A DNA stretch of 63,806 nucleotides, counting the filler, from Octopus bimaculoides (lineage: Eukaryota): assembly GCF_001194135.2 (NCBI RefSeq). It is 5 parts of 5 records of this genome, joined end to end, with 100 filler letters (N's around TTAATTAATTAA, not from the genome) between each part and the next. Parts side by side here need not be neighbours in the genome. Positions count along the whole stretch, not along the records: positions 49,331 to 54,615 come from NC_068992.1; positions 54,716 to 62,109 come from NC_068987.1; positions 62,210 to 63,806 come from NC_068996.1; 2 more parts are not named here. One strand, 5' to 3'. Each line of letters starts with the position of its first letter. Position 1 is the first letter of the stretch. Below are positions 51,970 to 62,556 of this stretch, piece after piece. Both the position numbers and the translations under genes were made by a program. The notes below the pieces were generated by a model that saw nothing but the letters and a program-made list of their open reading frames with translations, ran no database searches and was not told the DNA's origin.

Positions 51970-52200
51970 GTCAGTCATGGTTCCGTTGGCCTCCACGTCC
52001 CTCAAAGGCCGGTCAGACACCAAGTTGTCTAGCTTCCTGTTCTCCCATGCAGTCCATGATATTCTCTTTTCCAAAGCATCTGGTGTCACTGAAATGCCGG
52101 TCTCAGTCCTGACAACACTATATGACCCGCCTTGACCAACTGCAGCCGAGTTTCCAGTAGGCATCTTGCACTTCCTGTTTCTCTTCATTCGTGTATATGA
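51970..52200 (-). mobile_element. RTE-clade LINE 3' coding remnant
   Basis: RLQLVKAGHIV (compare QLRWAGHVV) and WENRKLDNLVSDRPLR (compare WExxxxDRxxWR), in shifted frames. Confidence 0.45.
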
Positions 52201-52337
52201 GTCTGAACAAGTTAAGTTTCTGTAAGAAGCATGAGAAACTTTAAATCGCATGGTACCGAATCAAACTGTTTTAAATAATAGATATGTTTTACTTTTTACC
52301 AATTTCAGTCATTAGACTGTAGCCATGCTGGGGTGAG

Positions 52338-52371
<34 letters not shown>

Positions 52372-52374
<3 letters not shown>

Positions 52375-53419
52375 TCAGAAATTCGTACAGTTTTGAAATA
52401 TGAGTTCTTTCTTGGAAATACAGCATCACAGATGCTCGGAATATTAATGGAGTATTTCATTCTAATGCTATTACACAGCAGACAGTAGCAGAGCAAATTA
52501 GTTTGCAAAATTTCGTCCTGGTAACTTTGACCTTACAAATGAGCAACGAATTCGACCAAAAAACAAAGGTGGATAATGACGAACTGAAAGCCACCGTCGA
52601 ATCAGATCCATCTCAAATTGCCTGTGAATTATCGTTGTTGTTTGGTGTTAGCAAGCAAACAATATTGACTCACCTAGTTTAAATCGGTAAAGTGAAAAAG
52701 TTGGATAAGTGAGTTCCACAGAAACGTTTGGAAACCTGCATTATGATACTTTCTCGTCACAAAAATGAATCCTTTTTGAATCGAATTGTAACATGTGATG
52801 AGAAATGGATCCAATACAACAACCGTTAACGTTCAGCACAATGGTTCGACAAAGACGAGCCACCAAAACACAGTCCAAAAGGCAAAATTCATCAAAAGAA
52901 GCTGATGGTGTATGTTTGGTGGTCTGGCGCAGATGTGATCCATTGTGAAGTATACTGCAGCCAACTGGACCAAATGATGCAGAAACTTTAAAGAAAAATA
53001 TAAACAGGTTAGATTAGTCAACAGATCCACTCCTATTTTATTGCAAGACAACGCCAGACCACACATCGCAAAAATGACATTGGCGAAACTACAATAGTTG
53101 GAGTTGGAAGTTCTTCATCATCCACCATACTCACCTGATCTTGTCCCCACTGGCTACCATTTCTTCCAGAATTTGGATAACTTTTTGATAGGAAAAAAAT
53201 TTAACTCCGACAATGCTGTAAATCAGGCCTTCGAAGATCCTATTGACTCTAGATTGCCAGGCGTTTATTGTTGCAGGCTGGACAAGCTGCCGCTGAAATG
53301 AGAAAAGTGTATTGACAATAAAGGTGCATACTCTGATGAATAAAACTATTCCTTGTATTTATGAAACATTAGCAAACTTTTTTTTCTTTTCTACAAATTT
53401 CATACTTGACAACCTAATA
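52372..53419 (+). mobile_element. mariner (DD34D-type) transposon, near-complete dead transposase with 3' TIR
   Basis: KSEIRTVLKYEFFLG...KFRPGNFDL...IVTCDEKWIQYNN...KKLMVYVWWS...LLQDNARPH...HPPYSPDLVPTGYHFF...KCIDNKGAY. Stops, two short internal deletions, third catalytic D>G. 3' TIR ...catacttgacaacctaa+TA (to 53419). The 5' TIR is absent and (TA)n abuts the coding start. Confidence 0.95.
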
Positions 53420-55584
53420 ATAACAAGTGTGTGATCTCTGCATAGCCAAAGTCTTAGCTGTTATGCAATCCACAGTTTGCCATGATGAAAGCGACAGCAT
53501 AATTTTTACTTGTAAACATTCATTACGCAAGCTATTTTCAAAATACAAATAACATCGCCCCCCCCCCCACGCTTCATTCCCACAGTCTTCATAGATATTT
53601 CCCCCTTATTTACCCTCACAACCAATATATTCCCATCATATTCACTTTAACCTCTTATTGTTGTTTATTTCTATCTAAATCTTTCCTCACCAATTATACA
53701 CATTTTTTCACTTATTTCGCCTGCCTTCTCACCCCACCCTTTGTAAACCTACAAGTACATACTCCCACATACACCTCTATTATTTCATACAGTAAACACG
53801 CTCGCGCACAATAATATTCATTCCTTAATTTTTAGTTTGTAGTATTTACTACAATTCTTTCTCATTCTCTTTTGAATTTGAAGCCTACAACTACTTCATC
53901 ACTTCAAGCATACCCTTTTTTGCCACTTGACCACGAATGTTCCCCCACCGTCTTCCCTCCACATTATCTTTTTTTTCAAGACTTGCAAATTTCTATGACT
54001 CAGCCAAAATAGCCCTCTCAAATGGCCTTGCATAAATTCTTTAACTCTCTCACTCCCTTAGGTTTTTATTCTTTTTATTCTTCTCTATTTCCTTTCTTAT
54101 ATTCCTAATTTCTCTCCCCTTTTAAATTCTCTATTCTTACCGTACTCTGTACACATTCTGATCGAAGTTTCCATGTGTTAACATGTACCTCCTTACGACA
54201 ATGTAAACTTCATTTAATCAAGATACACCTCGCTTGGATATTCACCACATCCGAGGTAACCCACCATTATTCCAAGAAGTTGAATTTTATAAGTATTGCT
54301 TGAAGTTAGCTTTCTTCCTACACCTCGATCCTATATATATATATATATATAAGTCAGTAAATAGTGGGGTTGTGTTAACCGCACGTGGAGAAATAATAGG
54401 AAAATGTAAAAAAGCCAGAATGCTGAACTGGGAGCATAATTTAATGAAGATTTTTTCTAACCGGTTTTCATTGCGATGAAGCAAATTATCAAGAAGAAGG
54501 AGAATGAAAATGTTTTTTTACAAAGAAGTACAAAAAAGTACAAAATGAAGAAAATAATATATAAAACAATAATATATAAAAAAAATAAATATACCCATAC
54601 ATTATATTGTCTTTGNNNNNNNNNNNNNNNNNNNNNNNNNNNNNNNNNNNNNNNNNNNNTTAATTAATTAANNNNNNNNNNNNNNNNNNNNNNNNNNNNN
54701 NNNNNNNNNNNNNNNATATATATATATATATATACAACATATAATATTTTTGTTAGATTATCCCTTTGTTGTTTAAGATCGTAGCCCATTATCTGAGTGA
54801 GACTTAGTTATTATTTCTAGCAAGGTGTGTCATCACTTAGAGAATCCCTTATTGGCTTCAAATATAGAATACGTTTCTATATGATACCACTGCAATTGCT
54901 GAGTTTCTATTATGCCAGCGTTTTATATTATGTATGACTTTAGAAGCCACACTTTTGTTCGGTACTTTATCCTTCAATAATTGCAATTTCGAGAGCAAAA
55001 ACGAATATAACGAACGTTTTAAACAGGTTGAACTAATCAAAAATAAATTATATCAACATATAAGAACCAAACTCCTTAATAATGGTTTCAGTTTTGGAAC
55101 TTAAACTTACAAATTGTGTATTAACTTACAAGTTATATGTGTATTCTATCGAGACTACCAAATACTAAAATGTCCAATTGTTAAAAACAAAATAGCAATT
55201 ACCAAGTTATTTATCATTTTTATATGACATACTGGACGCTATAAAACATTTGGTTGTATAGAAACAGAAAATACTTTCTCAAATATTGGTCATTTTATTG
55301 ACTGGAAAGGCAGAGCAATGAATTGTATCTCTTGTGTTCAAATTATATATCGTGTTCGTAAAAAAATTGAGCGCTTTGCGATGTTCGTTGCAGCTTGACC
55401 GAATTTCGGTGAAGTTTAAAGTGAGAACGTAAAGAGCAGAAACAGTGGTTCCGTCACTTCCGTCACTTAGTAGTTCGGAAAAACAGACCGATAAAATAAG
55501 TGCCAGGCTTTAAAAAGAAGTTAGTACTGGGGTCCATTCATCCGACAAAATATTCTTCAAGGTGATGCCCCTGACTGAAACAAA

Positions 55585-55616
<32 letters not shown>

Positions 55617-55974
55617 NNNNNNNNNNNNNNNNNNNNNNNNNNNNNNNNNNNNNNNNNNNNNNNNNNNNNNNNNNNNNNNNNNNNNNNNNNNNNNNNNNNN
55701 NNNNNNNNNNNNNNNNNNNNNNNNNNNNNNNNNNNNNNNNNNNNNNNNNNNNNNNNNNNNNNNNNNNNNNNNNNNNNNNNNNNNNNNNNNNNNNNNNNNN
55801 NNNNNNNNNNNNNNNNNNNNNNNNNNNNNNNNNNNNNNNNNNNNNNNNNNNNNNNNNNNNNNNNNNNNNNNNNNNNNNNNNNNNNNNNNNNNNNNNNNNN
55901 NNNNNNNNNNNNNNNNNNNNNNNNNNNNNNNNNNNNNNNNNNNNNNNNNNNNNNNNNNNNNNNNNNNNNNNNNN

Positions 55975-56012
<38 letters not shown>

Positions 56013-56015
<3 letters not shown>

Positions 56016-56162
56016 CACGCAGTTTCCATCTACCGAATTCACTTACAAGGTATTAGTCGCTTCAGGGCTATAGCAGGAGACTCTTGCTCAAGGTGCCGTG
56101 TAGCGGAACCGAATCCGAAACCACACGGCGGTAAAACGAATTTCTTAACCGCCACAGTCATG
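56013..56162 (-). mobile_element. SINE family A head
   Basis: gtttccatctaccgaattcacttacaagg...cttgctcaaggtgccg...gaatccgaaacc...ttaaccgccacagtc. Confidence 0.8.
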
Positions 56163-56584
56163 TGTGTTTATCATCATTAACTTGTATTAGGTTCCTTTCA
56201 ATATTGCTTTAACAAAATTAAAGATGGTTTGTTCTACATGTTTGAAGATCGGTATAAAACAGAAAGCGCGCAAATATTGCGTTCTGATTTAATTTTCGGA
56301 TTGTTTCAAATGAACAGAGAAGAGCATGCTTCTGGAGAGAACAGTATAATATCTCCGACGACTATGGAATTAGCGAAACCGCTGCCTCTTAAGGTTTCTC
56401 ATTAAAATATCACTCATTGTTTTCTTTTGTTAATGTCCAATATAATATCGTGAGTATTTAAATCAAGAATTTAATTAAAGAAATATGAAATTGTAATAAT
56501 TTAATATAATAACTTTTGGCTCCTCACTCAATTCTCTTTGTCTGTTTGTGTCTGTCCGACTGGTGGGCTGGCTGCCTGCCTCTC

Positions 56585-56590
56585 TTTTTC

Positions 56591-56647
<57 letters not shown>

Positions 56648-56750
56648 TTCATTTCTTAACTGCCCACAAGGAGCTACGCACAGAGGGGACAAACAAGGAC
56701 AGACAAGGGGATTAATTCGATTACATCGACCCCAGTGCGTAACTGGTGTG
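56585..56750 (-). mobile_element. SINE family B 3' part (tail type 1) with (ATAG)n tail
   Basis: gcccacaaggagctacgcacagaggggacaaacaaggacagacaaggg...gaccccagtgcgtaactgg preceded by (CTAT)n. Confidence 0.8.
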
Positions 56751-56912
56751 TGTGTGTGTGTGTGTGTCTGTGTGTGATTGTGTACGTACGTATATAAAAG
56801 TATAGAACGTTATCTAAAAATAATTGCATATGCAATGGAGTATATCAATTGATTGTACGAATACGAGAAAATATTTCTACTTGTTCTTTAACTATTTCGG
56901 GGAAAGGTGTAA

Positions 56913-56943
<31 letters not shown>

Positions 56944-57632
56944 CATACATACAAACAAACAAATAAAGATACCCTGTTGTNNNNNNNNNNNNNNNNNNNN
57001 NNNNNNNNNNNNNNNNNNNNNNNNNNNNNNNNNNNNNNNNNNNNNNNNNNNNNNNNNNNNNNNNNNNNNNNNNNNNNNNNNNNNNNNNNNNNNNNNNNNN
57101 NNNNNNNNNNNNNNNNNNNNNNNNNNNNNNNNNNNNNNNNNNNNNNNNNNNNNNNNNNNNNNNNNNNNNNNNNNNNNNNNNNNNNNNNNNNNNNNNNNNN
57201 NNNNNNNNNNNNNNNNNNNNNNNNNNNNNNNNNNNNNNNNNNNNNNNNNNNNNNNNNNNNNNNNNNNNNNNNNNNNNNNNNNNNNNNNNNNNNNNNNNNN
57301 NNNNNNNNNNNCCTGAAATAAACGGAATAATGACATAAATACATACACATACATACATACATACATACATACATACATAATCATACACACATACATACGT
57401 ACATACATGCATACATATACATACGTAAATACATACACACACATACATATACATACATGCATACATACATACATACATATACATACATACATGCATGCAT
57501 ACATACATACACACACACATACATACAAACATACATACATACATACGTACATACATACATACATACATATACATACGTACATATACATACATACATGTAT
57601 AGAGAGAGAAAGAAAGGGAAAGAGAGAGAACG

Positions 57633-57673
<41 letters not shown>

Positions 57674-57918
57674 GCAACAAGCCTTAATATACGAGTAAGT
57701 TATTTTAATCCCATTTGCATTAGTTTTTATTGTATTTATCGAAATCCAACCATCACCGACTCCATTTCTCCTCACTGTCCTATTTATCAATATTTACCGT
57801 CTAAAACCATTACTGAGAGCAAACAGCATCACTGACGATACCAGCGTCGGTATAACTAGCCAGTATAACTAGAAAAACCAACAGCATTCATGATATCCCT
57901 CACTCTCTGTCTGTCAGT

Positions 57919-57966
<48 letters not shown>

Positions 57967-58944
57967 NNNNNNNNNNNNNNNNNNNNNNNNNNNNNNNNNN
58001 NNNNNNNNNNNNNNNNNNNNNNNNNNNNNNNNNNNNNNNNNNNNNNNNNNNNNNNNNNNNNNNNNNNNNNNNNNNNNNNNNNNNNNNNNNNNNNNNNNNN
58101 NNNNNNNNNNNNNNNNNNNNNNNNNNNNNNNNNNNNNNNNNNNNNNNNNNNNNNNNNNNNNNNNNNNNNNNNNNNNNNNNNNNNNNNNNNNNNNNNNNNN
58201 NNNNNNNNNNNNNNNNNNNNNNNNNNNNNNNNNNNNNNNNNNNNCACCAACACCAACACCACCACCACCACCACCACCACAACAACAACAACAACAGCAA
58301 CAATACCACCACCAACACCGCCAACACCACCACCACCACAACAACAACAACAACAACAACAACAATGGCAGCAGCAGCAATTCGCCATCAACACCACCAC
58401 CGCCGCCTTCACCGCAACCTTTAGTCTTCGCTTCCATCTTCTCTGGTTGCAGACCAATTAAAAATAACAAATAACGAAGGTTTTAAATTTTCGTTTCGAT
58501 TGTCACTGATTTTTATTGGCTCCTCGCAGTATTTCATTTCTTCTTGCCTTTCTTCCTCTTTCTTTTCATTTCTTTCTCTTCTTGTCTTTTCAGTCTCATT
58601 CATATACACACGCACAACTCTCCCTCTCTCTGTCTCTCTGTGTCTCTCTATCTTTTTCTTACATATACACACACATGTACAGACAGACACACACATATAC
58701 ACAACAAACGCTTCCTTTTCTTCACATTTATCGCTCTTTCTTCTGCAAACGCAAGCTTACAAAACACATGCAAACACACGTTCACTTGTAACTAACTTTA
58801 CACAAAACTATTATGATTTTTTTTGTCATCGAGCCCAAGGACTCGAAAGACTGGTCATCAGGTTTCTGTGACGTAGAAGTGACCGAGATCCCACCGTCCC
58901 GCCTTGCTCTCAAGAAGAGGTCAGTCCGCTGCAGACCATCAGTT

Positions 58945-59890
58945 GTGAGAGGATGCGGCATCGATTACATCAATTCCAGTGATTTGACTGGTACATTATT
59001 TCATCGACCCCGAGTAGATCTCTGCTGTGAACATAAAGGGCAGGAAGAAATATCGGTTTCAAATTTTGGCACAAGGCCAGCAATTTCGAGGTGGAGCTAA
59101 GTCAATTAAATCAACTCCAGTGCTCAACTAGTATTTGTTTTAACGGCCCCGAAAGTATGAAAGGTTAAGTCGACTTTGACGGCGTTTGAACTCAGAACGT
59201 AAAGACAGAAGGGGTATATTTTCTACTATAGGCACAAGGTCTGAAACTTTGAGCGATGAGGTTAGTTGATTACAACGAATCCACTGTTTATCGACACCAA
59301 GATGATGAACGGCAAAGTCCACCTCGGCGGTATTTGAACTCAGAACATGAGATAGGAGAAATATCGCTAAACATTTTGTTCGACGAGCTAACAATTGTTC
59401 CAGCTCGCTGCCATATTTATTATTATTATCATTATTATCACTAAAGTGATGAGCTGGCTGAATCGTTAGCATGCCGGACAAAATGCTTAGCGGCATTTCG
59501 TCCGTCTTTACGTTCTGAGTTCAAATTCTGCCGAGGTCGACTTTACCTTTCATCCTTTCGGAGTCGATAGATTAAGTACTAATGAAACAGTGGGGTCGAT
59601 ATCATTGACTCATTCCCTCCCCACAAAATGGCTGCCCTTGGGTTAAAATTTGAAACCATCATTATTATCATTAAAAGCGGCATGCTGGCAGAATCGTTAG
59701 CACGCCGTGCGAAATGCTTATCGGCATTTCATCCGTCTTTACGTTCTGGGTTCAAATTCCACCGAGGTTGACTTTGCTTTTCACCCTTCCGGGATCGATG
59801 AAATAAGTGCCAGTTGTACACTGGGGTCGATGTAATCGACTAGTACTCTCCCCCAACATTCCAGGCCTTGTGCCTTTAGTGGAAAGGATT
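58945..59890. mobile_element. Cluster of five SINE B copies: three minus, then two plus (head-to-head)
   Basis: Minus copies at about 58945-59040, 59050-59210 and 59216-59412; plus copies at 59445-59657 and 59674-59890. Confidence 0.85.
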
Positions 59891-62020
59891 ATCATTATTA
59901 CCATCATTGTTATACTGGTAAACATCGATACCCATAACGATACGATCGGAGTAATTAAACTGCGATTACATGCAAAATTCTATAGCAAAACAAAAGAAAT
60001 CGCTCAAATAAACAATGGTTATATATTGCCATCACCAAGCAGAATATAAACGAATATAAATACTATTTATATTTTCTTATTGGATCAGGCATAGTTTTGT
60101 TTAAACACCTGTAGACAAAAACCTATATTTCAAAAACAGCATTAACAACGACAAGTATGATATCATGTTCTTCTCTGTCTCTCTCTTTCCGTCTCTTATT
60201 GTTTTTAAACAAAACCTTTTACGCCAGAGATATCTTTAATCAGAAGGTTAAAGAGTGTATGGACAGCTTTATAAATATCTATTAGATCGCAAAAAGATAT
60301 TAAAATGTTGATCCAAGCCAGACAAGTAAACTTAAGGCGTTCTCTGTTTGTCCATTGATTCTTCGACCAATTGTCAATGTGAGTGTAAAGTTTCTAGTTT
60401 ATTACNNNNNNNNNNNNNNNNNNNNNNNNNNNNNNNNNNNNNNNNNNNNNNNNNNNNNNNNNNNNNNNNNNNNNNNNNNNNNNNNNNNNNNNNNNNNNNN
60501 NNNNNNNNNNNNNNNNNNNNNNNNNNNNNNNNNNNNNNNNNNNNNNNNNNNNNNNNNNNNNNNNNNNNNNNNNNNNNNNNNNNNNNNNNNNNNNNNNNNN
60601 NNNNNNNNNNNNNNNNNNNNNNNNNNNNNNNNNNNNNNNNNNNNNNNNNNNNNNNNNNNNNNNNNNNNNNNNNNNNNNNNNNNNNNNNNNNNNNNNNNNN
60701 NNNNNNNNNNNNNNNNNNNNNNNNNNNNNNNNNNNNNNNNNNNNNNNNNNNNNNNNNNNNNNNNNNNNNNNNNNNNNNNNNNNNNNNNNNNNNNNNNNNN
60801 NNNNNNNNNNNNNNNNNNNNNNNNNNNNNNNNNNNNNNNNNNNNNNNNNNNNNNNNNNNNNNNNNNNNNNNNNNNNNNNNNNNNNNNNNNNNNNNNNNNN
60901 NNNNNNNNNNNNNNNNNNNNNNNNNNNNNNNNNNNNNNNNNNNNNNNNNNNNNNNNNNNNNNNNNNNNNNNNNNNNNNNNNNNNNNNNNNNNNNNNNNNN
61001 NNNNNNNNNNNNNNNNNNNNNNNNNNNNNNNNNNNNNNNNNNNNNNNNNNNNNNNNNNNNNNNNNNNNNNNNNNNNNNNNNNNNNNNNNNNNNNNNNNNN
61101 NNNNNNNNNNNNNNNNNNNNNNNNNNNNNNNNNNNNNNNNNNNNNNNNNNNNNNNNNNNNNNNNNNNNNNNNNNNNNNNNNNNNNNNNNNNNNNNNNNNN
61201 NNNNNNNNNNNNNNNNNNNNNNNNNNNNNNNNNNNNNNNNNNNNNNNNNNNNNNNNNNNNNNNNNNNNNNNNNCATTGATTCTTCGACCAATTGTCAATG
61301 TGAGTGTAAAGTTTCTAGTTTATTACTTTTATTTTATCCTCTGCCGATCTGGGTATCATTCATTAGTTTTTAGTGATAACATTTCGACACGTTATTTGAA
61401 CACAGCTTATGTCATTTCATCACGAGAGATAAATATAATGAGTTCGTATGTAATACATATGCATACATACATACACTCAAACATGTATGTATATAAACAT
61501 GCCCATACCCAACCATACATATACATGTACGTGTATGCATGTATATATACGTACATACATGCATATACACGCAAGAATATATGTGTGTGTATGTGTGTGT
61601 ATGCATATATGTGCATACATGTATACATGTACATTTATGAATGGACGTGGGCGTTTCTAAATGTCAGTGAATGTGTACGTATATAGTGTACAGATAACCT
61701 CCTAGACTTCTACACCCACGCATACATATACTTATACTATTACACACTAACATATATAAAATGTTTGTTTTTATAAGCAAATGAAGAAGATAGTACTCAA
61801 TACATGATCTAGAATATATATAGATTCATTGAGCCTGAAGAGATGAATTTCTCACTTCAGAAAATCGCGATTCAGTGATGGAATTAAACTAAAGTTTTCA
61901 AAGGTCTCACTCAGATCAGATGTGAGTGGTGTGAGTGAGTGTGTGTGTGAGTGAGTGAGAGTGTGTTGTATATGTGTGTGTATAGATATATATATGTATT
62001 TATGTATATATATATGTGTG

Positions 62021-62109
<89 letters not shown>

Positions 62110-62209
62110 NNNNNNNNNNNNNNNNNNNNNNNNNNNNNNNNNNNNNNNNNNNNTTAATTAATTAANNNNNNNNNNNNNNNNNNNNNNNNNNNNNNNNNNN
62201 NNNNNNNNN

Positions 62210-62494
62210 CATAAATAAAAGAAATTGTTTTTAACAAACTGTGACACTAAGGACCGAGGTTACCGTGGTCTTTTCGTAGGTTTTTCTTTCCACGGATAAC
62301 CTCCCCACTTATTGGGAATTTTCTGTATTATTTCGTATTTTTTGTAAATACCCCAAACATTTTGCGATGTTTTTTTTCATCGTTGTCCCCACTTTTGTTT
62401 TTTTCTGCTTTGTTTTCGCCCCCCTCGAAAAGAAAAACTCTACATTTGTATTTTGTCCCCTCTATGTTGAGCCCTGTGTGGCTAATAAAGAAAC
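62210..62494 (+). mobile_element. LINE-like 3' UTR ending in a poly(A)-signal tail
   Basis: T-rich UTR-like sequence with a small hairpin (gaggttaccgtgg/ccacggataacctc), ending tttgtcccctctatgttgagccctgtgtggctAATAAAgaaa. It lacks the SINE B core upstream. Confidence 0.45.
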
Positions 62495-62521
62495 ATATCT
62501 ATCTATCTATCTATCTCTCTC

Positions 62522-62556
<35 letters not shown>
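62495..62556. repeat. (ATCT)n microsatellite with a (CT)n interruption
   Basis: Direct reading. Confidence 0.97.

Noticed and set aside
58245-58474. Poly-P/Q/H/N peptide that looks like a transcription-factor low-complexity region
   Set aside because: Pure (CAC/CAA)n microsatellite beside a gap, with no splice donor or domain. The similar stretch at 16125-16328 (minus) has an in-frame stop.
60353-61326. Identical 53-bp direct repeat on both sides of an 868-N gap
   Set aside because: An exact k-mer-sized overlap flanking a gap is typical of an unresolved contig overlap or bubble. It cannot be treated as an LTR or TSD without long reads.
20975-62165. Recurrent palindrome TTAATTAATTAA at 20975, 49275, 54660 and 62154
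   Set aside because: Always centred in an exact 44N+12+44N block. It is a synthetic six-frame stop linker marking scaffold joins, not biology.
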